Shown: piece after piece, positions 29,915 to 40,062 of the stretch | How the letters are laid out: the number at the start of each line of letters is the position of its first letter | Position numbering within the stretch: the first letter of the stretch is position 1 | DNA from: Vulcanimicrobiota bacterium | Lineage (GTDB): Bacteria > Vulcanimicrobiota > Vulcanimicrobiia > Eremiobacterales > Eremiobacteraceae | Direction: 5' to 3' | DNA: 64,000 nucleotides | NCBI GenBank assembly: GCA_963812135.1 | Contig: CAWETU010000005.1 | Coordinates: 96,001 to 160,000 of the forward strand | The notes under the pieces: generated by a model | What the model was told of the DNA's origin: nothing | The model's database searches: none | Seen by the model: the letters and a program-made list of their open reading frames with translations, nothing else | Translations under genes and position numbers: made by a program

Positions 29915-30851
29915 GATCATCGTCGGTCAGGACGAAGCGATCTTCGCGCTGCAGGTCGCGCTGCTCAGCTCCGGCCATGCGTTGGTGGAAGGCGTGCCCG
30001 GCACCGCAAAGACGCTGCTCGTGCGCTTGCTCGCGCTGCTGCTCGGCGTCGAGTTCCGCCGCATCCAGTTCACTCCGGATCTGATGCCGTCCGACGTCGT
30101 GGGCACGACGGTCTTCAATCCGAAGTCCGGCGAGTTCTTCACGCGACGCGGGCCGATCTTCACGAACCTGCTGCTCGCCGACGAGATCAATCGCACGCCG
30201 CCCAAGACGCAATCGGCGTTGCTCGAAGCGATGGAGGAACGCCAAGTGACGATCGACGGGGTCTCCGCCGCGTTGCCGTCGCTGTTCATGGTGTGCGCCA
30301 CGCAGAATCCGGTGGAGTACGAGGGCACATACCCGCTGCCCGAAGCGCAACTCGACCGCTTCATGGTCAAGTGCCGCACGTCGTACCCGACGCCCGAAGA
30401 AGAGAGCCATCTTTTGGAGCGCGTCGCCGCCGGTTTTGACTCGCGCTATCTGGAGCGCGAGGGTATCGGTCCGGTCGTGACCGAGGGCGAGGTCGCGGCG
30501 GCGCGGCAAGACGTGCGCGCCGTTCACGTCTCGCCGGGCTTGCAGCAATACATCCGGCTCATCGTCAAGCAGACGCGCGATGCCGCCGACATCAGCCTCG
30601 GCGCAAGCCCGCGCGCAGGGATCCAATTGCTCGTCGCTACTCAGGCTGGGGCGGCTATCGAGGGACGCGACTTCGCTACGCCGGACGACGTCAAAGCGAC
30701 GGCGCCGCTCGTCTTGTCGCATCGGTTGCTCGTGCGGCCTGAAGCTGAAGTCGAGGGTCTGACCGCCGAGGACGTGGTGAAGCGCGTGCTCGACGCGGTG
30801 CCGGTTCCAAAGGAAGCGACGCCGACGACCGCAGCCGCCGCGGATGCGTGA
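29862..30851 (+). CDS. moxR: MoxR family AAA+ ATPase
   Basis: EGVPGTAKT, RIQFTPDLMPSD, LADEINRTPPKTQSALLEAM, EGTYPLPEAQLDRF. Confidence 0.95.
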   Translation: MAASASVVAQRLSGGLRKIIVGQDEAIFALQVALLSSGHALVEGVPGTAKTLLVRLLALLLGVEFRRIQFTPDLMPSDVVGTTVFNPKSGEFFTRRGPIFTNLLLADEINRTPPKTQSALLEAMEERQVTIDGVSAALPSLFMVCATQNPVEYEGTYPLPEAQLDRFMVKCRTSYPTPEEESHLLERVAAGFDSRYLEREGIGPVVTEGEVAAARQDVRAVHVSPGLQQYIRLIVKQTRDAADISLGASPRAGIQLLVATQAGAAIEGRDFATPDDVKATAPLVLSHRLLVRPEAEVEGLTAEDVVKRVLDAVPVPKEATPTTAAAADA

Positions 30852-32223
30852 TTCTCTCGCGCGCTCAGCGGCGCGCGCTCCCGCGAAAAAGATCAGATTC
30901 GACGCGGCGTTTCCATGGATCGCGCCGCGCTTCGTCGCGTGGCTGATCGCCGATGCGTGCGTGATCGCGCTGGGCGCGTTCTGGGCGCCGCTCGCCGCGC
31001 TCGGCGCGTTCGGATTGTTGGTGCTGCTCGGATTCGTGCTGGTGGACCTCGCGTCGGGTCCGCGCCGCGGTGACGTCGTGATGGCCCGCGAACCCGTCGA
31101 GCACCTCGCGCTGCGCTCGCCCGGCGCGTTGCGCTATTCGATCATCAACCGCAGCGCCGTGCCGATCCGCTATTCGATCGTCGATACGCCGGTCGACATG
31201 CTGCAGATGCCCGAGGAGCCCGTCGCAGGCATCGTCGGACCAGGGCGGCGCAAGGTCGTCGAGCTTGGAGTGACGCCGCTCGAGCGAGGCGATTGTCAGC
31301 TCGGCGACCTGTACGTCACGGTCGACAATCCGATGGGCCTGATCCGCCGCCGCTGGCGCATCTCAGATCCCACGGTTGCGCGCATATTCCCCGATCTCTC
31401 CGCGGTGGAACGCTACGGCATGCTGGCGCGCCGCGGCCGGCTCGTCGAAGCGGGCTTTCGCAAGCTGCGGCTGCGCGGCGGCGGCGGCGAGTTCGACAGC
31501 TTGCGCGAGTGGCAGCCCGACGACGAGTTCCGATCGATCGATTGGAAGGCCACAGCGCGGCGCAACAAGCTGATGGTCGCGCAGTACGACATCGAGCGCA
31601 GCCAGACGGTGATGCTGGTGCTCGACGCGGGCCGGTTGATGACGCCGCGCATCGGCGGACAGCGCAAATTCGATTTCGCCGTGACGGCGGCGCTGTCGGT
31701 CGCGTCCATCGCGTCGCTGGCCGACGACAAGGTCGGCGTGCTCGCGTTCGCGGGCGGCATCCGCGAGCACATCGCCCCGCGTTCGGGCAGCCGCCACGTC
31801 GCAGGCGTCGTGCAGCGCATCTACGATCTGCAGCCGCGCTTCGAAGAATCGGACTATGCGGGGGCCTTCGCGTACTTGCGCCGCCGCCAGCCCAAACGCA
31901 GCCTCGTCATCTTCTTCACCGACATGTTCGACCCGGTCGCATCGGCAAACGTCCTCGCCAACGTCGCGGTACTCTCGCCGCGCCATCTGGTGGTGTGCGT
32001 GCTGATGAACGACGAAGCGATCGCGAACGCGCTGGGGTCCGAACCCAGCGACGTGGCTGGGGCCTATCGGGCGAGCGTCGCCGCGTCGCTCGGCGCAGAG
32101 CGCCGCAAGGCTGCGGCACTGCTGCAACAGCGCGGCATCGCGGTGATCGACGTGCCGGCGGCCGAGCTCACGGTGTCGCTCATCAACGCGTACGTCGACG
32201 TGAAAGCCCGCAACCTGCTATAA
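30844..32223 (+). CDS. DUF58 (vWA-like) protein
   Basis: EFDSLREWQPDDEFRSIDWKATAR, LDAGRLM, FFTD. Confidence 0.92.
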   Translation: MRDSLARSAARAPAKKIRFDAAFPWIAPRFVAWLIADACVIALGAFWAPLAALGAFGLLVLLGFVLVDLASGPRRGDVVMAREPVEHLALRSPGALRYSIINRSAVPIRYSIVDTPVDMLQMPEEPVAGIVGPGRRKVVELGVTPLERGDCQLGDLYVTVDNPMGLIRRRWRISDPTVARIFPDLSAVERYGMLARRGRLVEAGFRKLRLRGGGGEFDSLREWQPDDEFRSIDWKATARRNKLMVAQYDIERSQTVMLVLDAGRLMTPRIGGQRKFDFAVTAALSVASIASLADDKVGVLAFAGGIREHIAPRSGSRHVAGVVQRIYDLQPRFEESDYAGAFAYLRRRQPKRSLVIFFTDMFDPVASANVLANVAVLSPRHLVVCVLMNDEAIANALGSEPSDVAGAYRASVAASLGAERRKAAALLQQRGIAVIDVPAAELTVSLINAYVDVKARNLL

Positions 32224-33255
32224 GATCGGGCTCGATGATGGGGCACCCGAGCGCAGCTCTGGTGTCGCATCGAGCGGCCGCTCGATGCCCTCATCCTTCT
32301 CACGCCCCACGAAGCCGAAGTAGTACACCAGCACCAACGCGGTGATCGCGCCGAAGCCGAGGCGCAGTTCAGGCGAGAAACGCTGCGGCGACACGAACCC
32401 TTCGATCAGCGCGGCGCAGCCGAGCATGACGATGACGCCGATCATCAACACGAGCGAGCGCCTCGCATTGCGCACGAGCGCGTCGACGCGACGCAGCCGT
32501 CCTGGATTTAGGACGGCCGCGGCGAGCAGCAGGCCGGCGGCGGCGGCGATCTGGATCGCGGTCAGCTCGATAACGCCGTGGGGTGCGATCGTCGCCCAGA
32601 AATCGTAACCGAATCCGGCATTCGTGTACATCGCGCCTAGCCCGCCGAGCATGAGGCCGTTGAAAAAGACGAGATAGATCGTGAGCAAACCGAGCGTCAC
32701 GATGCCGGCGCCGAATGCGAGGATCGCAACTCTGATATTGTTGGTCATGATCGCGGCCGACATGGTCGACGAGAAATTGCGGTCGAAGCCAAAATTGGTG
32801 TCGTGGATCTTCTCGTGAATCGGCCGGATCATCTCGTCGGGTAAGATGACATAGGCGTTCGTCGGCGAGGCCATGACCAGCGAATACGCCGCCACCGCAG
32901 CGACCACGGTCAGCGCGGCGCACGCCAAGATGTACCAGCGCGAGCGGCGCACCTCGCGCGGGAAGTCGTGCGCGAAGAAACGGCCGATGCGCTTCCAGCC
33001 GCCTTCGACGTTGCCCGCGTAGACGTAGGCATGCGAGCGCGCCGTCAAGCGATGGAGGTACGCGCGCAGATTGACGTCGTACATGCGGCCTTCCGCAAAC
33101 GCCAGATCAGAGGTCACCCAGCGGTACAGCCGCCCGAGCTCTTCGATCTCCTCGGCCGGCAGAGCGCGCAAGCCGCGGCGCTCAGCCGTGTCGAGCAGCA
33201 GCTCCAAACGCTGCCAGCCTGATCGGCGCCGCTCCACGAAAACCGCTTGCCGCAT
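32218..33255 (-). CDS. SpoIIM/DUF95 family membrane protein
   Basis: YRWVTSDLA, IMTNNIRVA, FFNG, PHGVIEL, IEGFVSP. Confidence 0.9.
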   Translation of the reverse strand: MRQAVFVERRRSGWQRLELLLDTAERRGLRALPAEEIEELGRLYRWVTSDLAFAEGRMYDVNLRAYLHRLTARSHAYVYAGNVEGGWKRIGRFFAHDFPREVRRSRWYILACAALTVVAAVAAYSLVMASPTNAYVILPDEMIRPIHEKIHDTNFGFDRNFSSTMSAAIMTNNIRVAILAFGAGIVTLGLLTIYLVFFNGLMLGGLGAMYTNAGFGYDFWATIAPHGVIELTAIQIAAAAGLLLAAAVLNPGRLRRVDALVRNARRSLVLMIGVIVMLGCAALIEGFVSPQRFSPELRLGFGAITALVLVYYFGFVGREKDEGIERPLDATPELRSGAPSSSPIL

Positions 33256-33316
33256 GCGGGCGATTTCTCGCGCCGGCGCGAATCCGCCTGTGGTTTGATG
33301 TAACGGAGCGTCACTG

Positions 33317-34081
33317 GTGGAACGAACGGTCACTGTCCGAACGCCGGAGAGCATCGCTTTTCACTACGAGCTGGCAGGCCTCGGCAGCCGCTTTCTCGCC
33401 GTCGCGATCGATTTCGTCATCCAAGTAACGTTCACGATCGCGCTGTTCTTCGTCGTCGGTCTCGGCGTCGACGGCCTCACGAAGGTCGGCGCATCGCTGC
33501 ATCTCAACAGCTCGCAGATCGGCTCGCTGTTCCTCGCGATCGGCATCGTGACGATCTTCTTGATATTTTTCGGCTACTTCATCGTCTTCGAGGCGTTCTG
33601 GAACGGACAAACGCCCGGCAAGCGGCTGTTAGGCATCCGCGTCGTGCGCGACGGCGGCTATCCCATCGATCTCGGCAGCTCGGTGCTGCGCAACCTCGTC
33701 CGCGTCGTCGAAGCCGCGTTCTCCTACGTGCCGGCGGCCGTCAGCGCGTTGATCTCGGCGCAGAACAAACGGCTGGGCGATTTCGCGGCCGGCACGATCG
33801 TCGTGCGCGATCGCGCGTTTGAGATGACCAATCCGCAGACGTGGCTGCAAGGCGACACGCTGCCCGATACGCCGCCGCTCACCGCGGCGACCGCGCTCAC
33901 GCCCGATGAATGGGCGCTCGTCGAGCGCTACGTCGACCGGCGTGCAAGCCTTCCCCCGGCGGTCGCCGCGGCGACGGCCGCGCGCATCGCAGGCATCCTT
34001 CGGCCGAAGCTCGGCGAGGATGCGAGCTCGCTCTCCAGCGACGCCGTCCTCATGCGCTTGTTCGCTTCGCGCCGCTCGTAA
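33317..34081 (+). CDS. RDD family protein
   Basis: LAGLGSRFLAVAID, GQTPGKRLLGIRVV, KRLGDFAAGTIVV. Confidence 0.92.
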   Translation: MERTVTVRTPESIAFHYELAGLGSRFLAVAIDFVIQVTFTIALFFVVGLGVDGLTKVGASLHLNSSQIGSLFLAIGIVTIFLIFFGYFIVFEAFWNGQTPGKRLLGIRVVRDGGYPIDLGSSVLRNLVRVVEAAFSYVPAAVSALISAQNKRLGDFAAGTIVVRDRAFEMTNPQTWLQGDTLPDTPPLTAATALTPDEWALVERYVDRRASLPPAVAAATAARIAGILRPKLGEDASSLSSDAVLMRLFASRRS

Positions 34082-34128
34082 AGGCTGCCCGAGTAGGTCG
34101 CCGCGCCGTGCGCGCCTAAGCCGCCCTC

Positions 34129-35280
34129 ATGCATTCGCTGCTCCTTTTCATTGCGCTCGCGAGCCTTTGGACGCAAGGCGCGCGCGTCGCGGCCGCGACG
34201 CCGACACCGACGCCGAGCTCAGCGCCCGCTGCGCTCGCGCCTGCGCCCGGACCCACCATCAAGCCGCCGCAGTGGCAAGGTATCACACTCGGCGAAAACA
34301 TCGAGGCGGTGCGCGCGCGCATGGGCACGCCTGACTTCAACCGCAAAGTCATCTTAGGTTCGATGTTGGTCGAGTATCCGATCCACGGCGGCGAAGGCTC
34401 CCTCGTCTTGGAGACCACCGAACGCCAAGTCACGTCGATCCGAGTTGAAGCCGCGGCGCCGCACGAGCTGAGCCTGCCGATCGGCGACCCGTTCGGCGTG
34501 AACCTCGGCGACAGCCTGACGCGTTTGCTCACGATCCGCGGCGAGCCGACGCGTAACTACGAAGATCCGCCGGACGAGTCGACATCGATCTACGGCGGAC
34601 CGAACGAAAACCGCTGGATCTACACGTTCCAGGGGTCGACGATCGTGGCCATCACGCTCATCGCACCCAAGCCGCAGCAACCGATCGGACCGCCAGGACA
34701 TCCGGCGCTCGTGTTGCGCGGCACGCCGCCGCCGCGCCGGCCTGTCGTGCTCAAAGGCACGCCGCCGCCGACACGCGTGACGCCCGCGTCACCTGGCGCG
34801 ACGCCGCAACCGATCGCCACCACCTCGCCCACGCCGGTGCCGGGCGTCGCGATCCAGAGCACGCCGGCGCCGAGCCCCGGACCTCCGCGCACAGTAGCGG
34901 CAAGCCACACGCCGACGCCGTCAGTGCCGCTGCCGGCGATGACTTCACCGCCGATGACGCCGCCGCCAAGTTCGCCCATGCCGCAGCTGAGCGCTTCGCC
35001 AGGAGCGCCGACGCCGCAGCCGGCCGATGGGAGTTCGCCCGAGACGGCGATCGTGGTCCGCGCGCCCGACATGGCCTCCGGTTTCGATTACGTCTACAAG
35101 TTCATTGAAAACGTCTCGTGCGCCAATGGCGCCGGACAATATCGGATCACGGGTCAAGACCTGTTCTCCGAGCACCGCCACAATTACGCGAAAGTCACCG
35201 CGCAATGCTCGACGGGCACCGACAAGCGCGCGTTCTACTTCGACGTGACCTACATCTTCACCAAGAGCACCGAGCGCTAG
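34129..35280 (+). CDS. Exported protein with tandem repeat domain, Pro/Thr-rich linker and small C-terminal domain
   Basis: Signal peptide; GITLGENIEAVRARMGTP resembles GVNLGDSLTRLLTIRGEP; long PT/PS linker; DGSSPETAIVV...FYFDVT. Confidence 0.75.
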   Translation: MHSLLLFIALASLWTQGARVAAATPTPTPSSAPAALAPAPGPTIKPPQWQGITLGENIEAVRARMGTPDFNRKVILGSMLVEYPIHGGEGSLVLETTERQVTSIRVEAAAPHELSLPIGDPFGVNLGDSLTRLLTIRGEPTRNYEDPPDESTSIYGGPNENRWIYTFQGSTIVAITLIAPKPQQPIGPPGHPALVLRGTPPPRRPVVLKGTPPPTRVTPASPGATPQPIATTSPTPVPGVAIQSTPAPSPGPPRTVAASHTPTPSVPLPAMTSPPMTPPPSSPMPQLSASPGAPTPQPADGSSPETAIVVRAPDMASGFDYVYKFIENVSCANGAGQYRITGQDLFSEHRHNYAKVTAQCSTGTDKRAFYFDVTYIFTKSTER

Positions 35281-36266
35281 CCCGCGGCGACGTCGTCGAG
35301 CGCTCTGCGCGCGAAGACGCGCACCATCCGCTTGCGATAAGGGATCGTCGCGCTCGTGTTGTCCAGCGGCTTGCCGGCGTCGAACGCGGCCTCGGCAGCG
35401 GCTTCGAGCGCGCCGCTCTCGAGGCGCGAGCCGATCAAGCACTGCGCGGCGGCCGGCACGTCGACCGGCTTCGACGCGACGGCGTTGAGCACCAGGCGCG
35501 CGTCGACGCAGACGCCGGCGTCGTCGAGCCGCACGAGCGCCGCCACGCCGAGGATCGGGAAATCAAACGAATTGCGCAGCCGCAGCTTGCGATAGGAACT
35601 GCGCGTGCGTTCGCCCGGCGGCGGCACCGAGATGCGCGTCACGATGTCACCCGGCCGCTTCGCCCACGCGCTGATGCCGTCGTTGACGTAGAAATCCGCG
35701 ATCGGGATCTCGCGCTCGCCTTCAGGCCCTGCGAGATGGACGCGCGCGCCGAACGCTTGGAGCACCGGCGCGGTGTCGGACGAATTCACCGCCAAACACT
35801 TGGGGCTGCTCGTCGCGACGCGGCAGATGTCGCCGTCTTTCTTCATGCAGTAACCGAGCGCTTTGCGCCAATCGAGATTCTGATTGTAGTAATTGCAGCG
35901 CGTGTCCACGCAGACGTTGCCGCCGATGGTGCCCATGTTGCGCAATTGCGGCGTTGAGATGGAGGCGGTTGCAGCGGCCAGCGCCGCGTAGTGGCGACGC
36001 ACGACGTCGCTCTCGGCGATCGAGGTGAGCGTCGCGAGCGCGCCGAGCGTCAGGCCGGTGACGTCGTTATAGCGGATGAAGCCGAGATTGCTGATTGGCC
36101 GGAGGCCGACGAGCACTTTGGGCGTGAACAGGCGTTGCTTCATGTTGGCGTAGAGATCCGTGCCGCCGGAGACGGGCAGCGCATCGGAGCCGTAGCGCGC
36201 GAGCAATTCAACGGCTTCATCGGCGGTTCGGGCGGCCACATACGTGAACGGCGGCAGTCGCAGCAT
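35277..36266 (-). CDS. Xanthine-dehydrogenase-family FAD subunit with [4Fe-4S] insert (HcrB-like)
   Basis: SGGTDL, QLRNMGTIGGN; insert C-x15-C-x7-C-x8-C; KLRLRNSFDFP. Confidence 0.88.
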   Translation of the reverse strand: MLRLPPFTYVAARTADEAVELLARYGSDALPVSGGTDLYANMKQRLFTPKVLVGLRPISNLGFIRYNDVTGLTLGALATLTSIAESDVVRRHYAALAAATASISTPQLRNMGTIGGNVCVDTRCNYYNQNLDWRKALGYCMKKDGDICRVATSSPKCLAVNSSDTAPVLQAFGARVHLAGPEGEREIPIADFYVNDGISAWAKRPGDIVTRISVPPPGERTRSSYRKLRLRNSFDFPILGVAALVRLDDAGVCVDARLVLNAVASKPVDVPAAAQCLIGSRLESGALEAAAEAAFDAGKPLDNTSATIPYRKRMVRVFARRALDDVAAG

Positions 36267-36269
36267 GGG

Positions 36270-37880
36270 CTATTGCTTGGCGTTCGTCCCCGGATTTTCC
36301 GTCAGCGAGAGGTCCTGATAGTTGATCGTGCTGTCCGGCGAGGGCACGAAGCCGCGGACCGACGCGCGGAAGATGATCGGCGACGTCGTGTGTGCGATGG
36401 CCGCCATCGGAGCTTGCTCCCCGACGATCTCCAGCGCTTGGCGATACAGCTGCGCTCGCGCGGCTCGGTCTTCGACGCGTTGCGCCTGCAGGATCAGCGC
36501 GTGGAAGCGATCGTCGGCCCAAAACGTCACGTTCGACGCGGCGGGCGGCACTGCGTTGTCCTTGTCGAGCGGCGCGTAGGTGAAGTTGTCGGGATCGCCG
36601 TTGTCGCCGGTCCAGCCAATGACGCACATGTCGTGCTGCGCGTCCTGTATCTTCTGAATATAGACGCCCCATTCGTAGCCTTGCAAGCGCGCCTCCACTC
36701 CGATCGCCGCCAAGTCCGCTTGGATCGCTTCGGCGACCCGCTGCGGCTCGGGCAAGTACGGTCTAGGTGCGGTCATATACCACAGCGTCGTGCTGAAGCC
36801 GCGCGGATAACCCGCTTGCGCGAGCAACCGTTTCGCTGCTGCCGGGTCGTAGCGATCCGACAGCGGCACGCCCTGCGGCCACACCGCCTCGGGCAGCCAT
36901 TGGCGCGCGATCTGTGCAGTGGGATCGAAGAACTGCCGGACGATCGCCGCGCGATCGATCGCCAAACTCAACGCTGTGCGGACCCGCGCGTCGTCGAACG
37001 GATGACGGCGCGCGTTGAATGCCAGGTACATGACGCTGTTGGGCGGTTGATGGTAGACGTGCAGCTGCGGATCGTTCGCCAGTTGCGCCATGCCGCCCGG
37101 CGTCGGGAATTCCCAGCCGTCGATATCGCCGCGCTGCAAGAGCAGCACGCTCGTCGCCGCGTCGGGGATGTCGCGCAGCACGACTGTCTGGATGTGCGGC
37201 CGTGCGCCCCAGTAGCCGTCATAGCGCGCGAGCGTGATGTGGTCGTCCTTGACCCACTCGACGAGTTGGTACGGACCGGTACCTACGGGCGCCTGGGCGA
37301 AACGCTCGCGCTCGCGTTTGAGCGCGGTTGGTGACGCGATGCCGAACGCCGGCATCGCAAGATCGGCGAGCAGTGGGGCGAGCGGCGATGTCAGATCGAG
37401 CTCGAGCGTATCGGGCGCCAACGCCTTGACCGCCACGATGCGGCCGGGAAATCCGCCGAACTCCGCCGCGTAATACGTGAAATATCCCCACGCGTGATAT
37501 GGATTGTGAGGATCGCGCCAACGATCGAAGTCGAATTTGACTGCTTGCGCGTCGAGCTGGGTCCCGTCTTGAAAGCGCACGCCGTGGCGCAGATGGAAGA
37601 TCCACGTCCTGCCGGCGTCGCGGGTCTGCCAGGACGTCGCGAGCGAAGGCTCGACCTCGAACGATCCCGGCTTGTAGCGCGTAAGGCCCTCGAAGATGGG
37701 GCGGGTGGCGGTGAGCGAGATGCCGTCGAAGGCGACCGCGGGGTCCAGGGTCACCGCGTCCTTGTTGCGGCCGAAGGTCAGCGTGTCGGCAGCGCCGTTG
37801 GTTGCGTGTGTGCCGCACGCCGGAGCGGCCAGCGCCAGGAGCGCGCACGCGGCGAGCAGTAGAGCAGTGCGGGGAGACAT
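36270..37880 (-). CDS. Family 5 ABC substrate-binding lipoprotein (DppA-like)
   Basis: Lipobox APAC, LDP, IFEGL, FHLRHGVRFQDG, PVGTGPY, PRPY, GWTGDNGDPDNF. Confidence 0.92.
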   Translation of the reverse strand: MSPRTALLLAACALLALAAPACGTHATNGAADTLTFGRNKDAVTLDPAVAFDGISLTATRPIFEGLTRYKPGSFEVEPSLATSWQTRDAGRTWIFHLRHGVRFQDGTQLDAQAVKFDFDRWRDPHNPYHAWGYFTYYAAEFGGFPGRIVAVKALAPDTLELDLTSPLAPLLADLAMPAFGIASPTALKRERERFAQAPVGTGPYQLVEWVKDDHITLARYDGYWGARPHIQTVVLRDIPDAATSVLLLQRGDIDGWEFPTPGGMAQLANDPQLHVYHQPPNSVMYLAFNARRHPFDDARVRTALSLAIDRAAIVRQFFDPTAQIARQWLPEAVWPQGVPLSDRYDPAAAKRLLAQAGYPRGFSTTLWYMTAPRPYLPEPQRVAEAIQADLAAIGVEARLQGYEWGVYIQKIQDAQHDMCVIGWTGDNGDPDNFTYAPLDKDNAVPPAASNVTFWADDRFHALILQAQRVEDRAARAQLYRQALEIVGEQAPMAAIAHTTSPIIFRASVRGFVPSPDSTINYQDLSLTENPGTNAKQ

Positions 37881-37898
37881 CGCGTGACACTTATACTC

Positions 37899-38403
37899 GC
37901 CGGCGGTCGACTCATTGATGGCTTATGAGCACAACAGCTGACGGGCGTCGACAGCTCTGGTTGCTCGCCGCTTTGGCGATCGTCGGTGTTGTGTACACCG
38001 CTATCGCTACCCACTTGTGGATCGCCAACTGGGTGTCCCTGGTCCCCATCATGGATCGATCCTTTCTCCTTCGCTTGATGCTTGGGCCATTTTGGGTTGC
38101 CATCGTATTGTTTCCGATCACCATCGTCGCGACGCTGCTGCGCCTCAACATCGCGGCTTTCTTGCTGACGCTCTTGTTCTACGCAATAATCATCAATATT
38201 GAGTACCTTTTTATGGCGCAGCCAAATTCAACCGCAATGATAGCGCAGGCAACGTTCGTTGGATGGAATTTTATCTTGCAGGTGCCGGTGTGGGGCCTTA
38301 CGGTGCTTGCGCTTAAACTGACGCGCCCGAGGCCGGAAAAGACCGGTGCTCAAGGAGCACGTTTGTGATGCTTGTATTGGCCGGCGGTCGACTCATTGAC
38401 GGC
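37899..38403 (+). repeat. Direct repeat flanking an AT-rich gene
   Basis: GCCGGCGGTCGACTCATTGA identical at 37899-37918 and 38380-38399; 23 of 24 nt match with the following (T/C)GGC. Confidence 0.9.
37925..38368 (+). CDS. Hypothetical 4-TM membrane protein, AT-rich relative to flanks
   Basis: Four hydrophobic segments; many AT-ending codons; overlaps neighbouring ORFs at both ends. Confidence 0.7.
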   Translation: MSTTADGRRQLWLLAALAIVGVVYTAIATHLWIANWVSLVPIMDRSFLLRLMLGPFWVAIVLFPITIVATLLRLNIAAFLLTLLFYAIIINIEYLFMAQPNSTAMIAQATFVGWNFILQVPVWGLTVLALKLTRPRPEKTGAQGARL

Positions 38404-39591
38404 ACCGGCGCCGAACCAATCCCGAAGACATCGCTCGCGATCGAGGGCGACCGGATAAGCGCCATCTCGAACGCTGCGCCCGCGCACGACTCGAAGACGA
38501 TCGATTGCTCTGGGCTGACGCTGCTGCCTGGGTTGATCGACGCCCACGCGCACCTCGGACTCGTATTCGACTTCGACGCCGACCCAGGCGTGATGTCGCC
38601 CGCGGAGATCGCCGCGAAGACGTTCCGCAACTGCGAACTGTGTCTGGATGCCGGCTTCACCACCGTGCGCGATATGTGCGGCGTCGATGGCGGCTTGGTG
38701 CGCGCGATCGAGAGTGGCCTCGTGGCCGGGCCTCGGGTTTTCCCGTCGGGACCGGCGATCGTGCAGACCGGCGGGCACGGACACTTGACCGGTCCGTTCT
38801 GTTGCCACGATAATTCAGTCGCCATCCCGGGGTTGGTGCAGCTGATCGCGATCTGCGACGGAGCCGATGAAGTCCGTCACCAGGCCCGCTTGAACTTCCG
38901 GCGCGGCGCGACACAGCTCAAAGCTTTCATCAGCGGCGGCGTCGTGTCGAAAACGGACCGCCTCGAAGACACGCAGCTCAGCGTCGAGGAACTGCGCGCC
39001 GCGGTGGCGGAGGCGCGCGCCCGCGACACCTACGTCGCGGGTCACGCGCACAACAGTCGCGCCATCATGAACGGACTTCAAGCCGGCATGGAGTGCTTCG
39101 AACACGGCACCATGCTCGACGAAGCGACCGCCGCCGCCATGGCCAAAGCGGGCGCGCGACTCGATCCGACGCTCGCCGTCACGCGCCTCATGTCGCAATT
39201 GTGGAAAGAATGGAAGCTGCCGGAAAGCGTCGTGCCGCGGGTGCAGGGTTGCGAGCGCATGATGGGAGAGGCGATGCTGATCGCGCGCGCGGCAGGGGTG
39301 TTGATCGGTTCGGGCTCCGACCTGCTCGGCGCCGAGCAGAACCGGCGCGGCCTTGAGGTCGCGCTCCAGGCAAAGGTGCTCAGCCCGATGGAGGCGATCG
39401 TGTGCGCGACGCACTCCAATGCGCGCATCATGCACCAAGAAGACCAGCTTGGCTCGCTGTCGCAAGGCAAGCTCGCCGACGTCATCGCGGTCAAGGGCGA
39501 TCCGCTGAACGAGCCCGAGCTGTTCGACGACCCTGCGCGCATCGTGCTCGTCGTCAAGGGCGGACAAGTCGTCAAGGATCTGACGGCCTAG
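38365..39591 (+). CDS. Metal-dependent amidohydrolase (Xaa-Pro dipeptidase-like)
   Basis: LLPGLIDAHAH, GFTTVRD, TGGHG, GHAH, EHG, GSD, GKLADVI. Confidence 0.92.
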   Translation: MMLVLAGGRLIDGTGAEPIPKTSLAIEGDRISAISNAAPAHDSKTIDCSGLTLLPGLIDAHAHLGLVFDFDADPGVMSPAEIAAKTFRNCELCLDAGFTTVRDMCGVDGGLVRAIESGLVAGPRVFPSGPAIVQTGGHGHLTGPFCCHDNSVAIPGLVQLIAICDGADEVRHQARLNFRRGATQLKAFISGGVVSKTDRLEDTQLSVEELRAAVAEARARDTYVAGHAHNSRAIMNGLQAGMECFEHGTMLDEATAAAMAKAGARLDPTLAVTRLMSQLWKEWKLPESVVPRVQGCERMMGEAMLIARAAGVLIGSGSDLLGAEQNRRGLEVALQAKVLSPMEAIVCATHSNARIMHQEDQLGSLSQGKLADVIAVKGDPLNEPELFDDPARIVLVVKGGQVVKDLTA

Positions 39592-39687
39592 GGGACGTCC
39601 GCCTCGCTGGTATGAGTCCGTCGGAATGACGCCGAACGCAGCGCCGTTCGTGCATCCATCGCAGATCCGCTCGTAGGAGGATAGTCA

Positions 39688-40062
39688 ATGCGACGTTTTC
39701 TCTTCGCTCTGCTCAGCGTTTCTTTGTCGATCGCACCAAGCGTTTCGCTTGCAGCTACATCCGGCAACCCCGCGCCCGCGATGATGGGACCAAGCCGAAC
39801 GGTCGTAAAAACGTGCCTGCGGGCATATGTCTTGCACGCCGCGTTCGACGCAACTCAGCTGCACACGCTCGGAGCGGCCGGCGCCACGCCAGCGAACGTG
39901 AACGACGTGCCGCTGTCACTCATCGGGTCGTATAAGTATTCCGACCACATCGGCTGCTTCTACAAGAGCGCGAAGGGCGACATCTTCAATCTCGTCTACA
40001 ACTACCCGTGCGTCAACCCGGCGCCGGCCGGGCCTCCAAACGAGTATCGCTGCAAGTCCTGA
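39688..40062 (+). CDS. Small exported protein with four Cys
   Basis: AGGAGG RBS; signal peptide ending SLA. Confidence 0.7.
   Translation: MRRFLFALLSVSLSIAPSVSLAATSGNPAPAMMGPSRTVVKTCLRAYVLHAAFDATQLHTLGAAGATPANVNDVPLSLIGSYKYSDHIGCFYKSAKGDIFNLVYNYPCVNPAPAGPPNEYRCKS

Noticed and set aside
26584..34081. MoxR/DUF58/DUF4350/DUF4129/SpoIIM/RDD cluster as a novel system or a sign of sporulation
   Set aside because: Widespread, already described neighbourhood; SpoIIM-like proteins occur in non-sporulating bacteria
34680..35030. Repeated CCGACGCCG-type sequence as a CRISPR or tandem repeat
   Set aside because: Explained by Pro/Thr codons; no fixed repeat-spacer period and no cas genes
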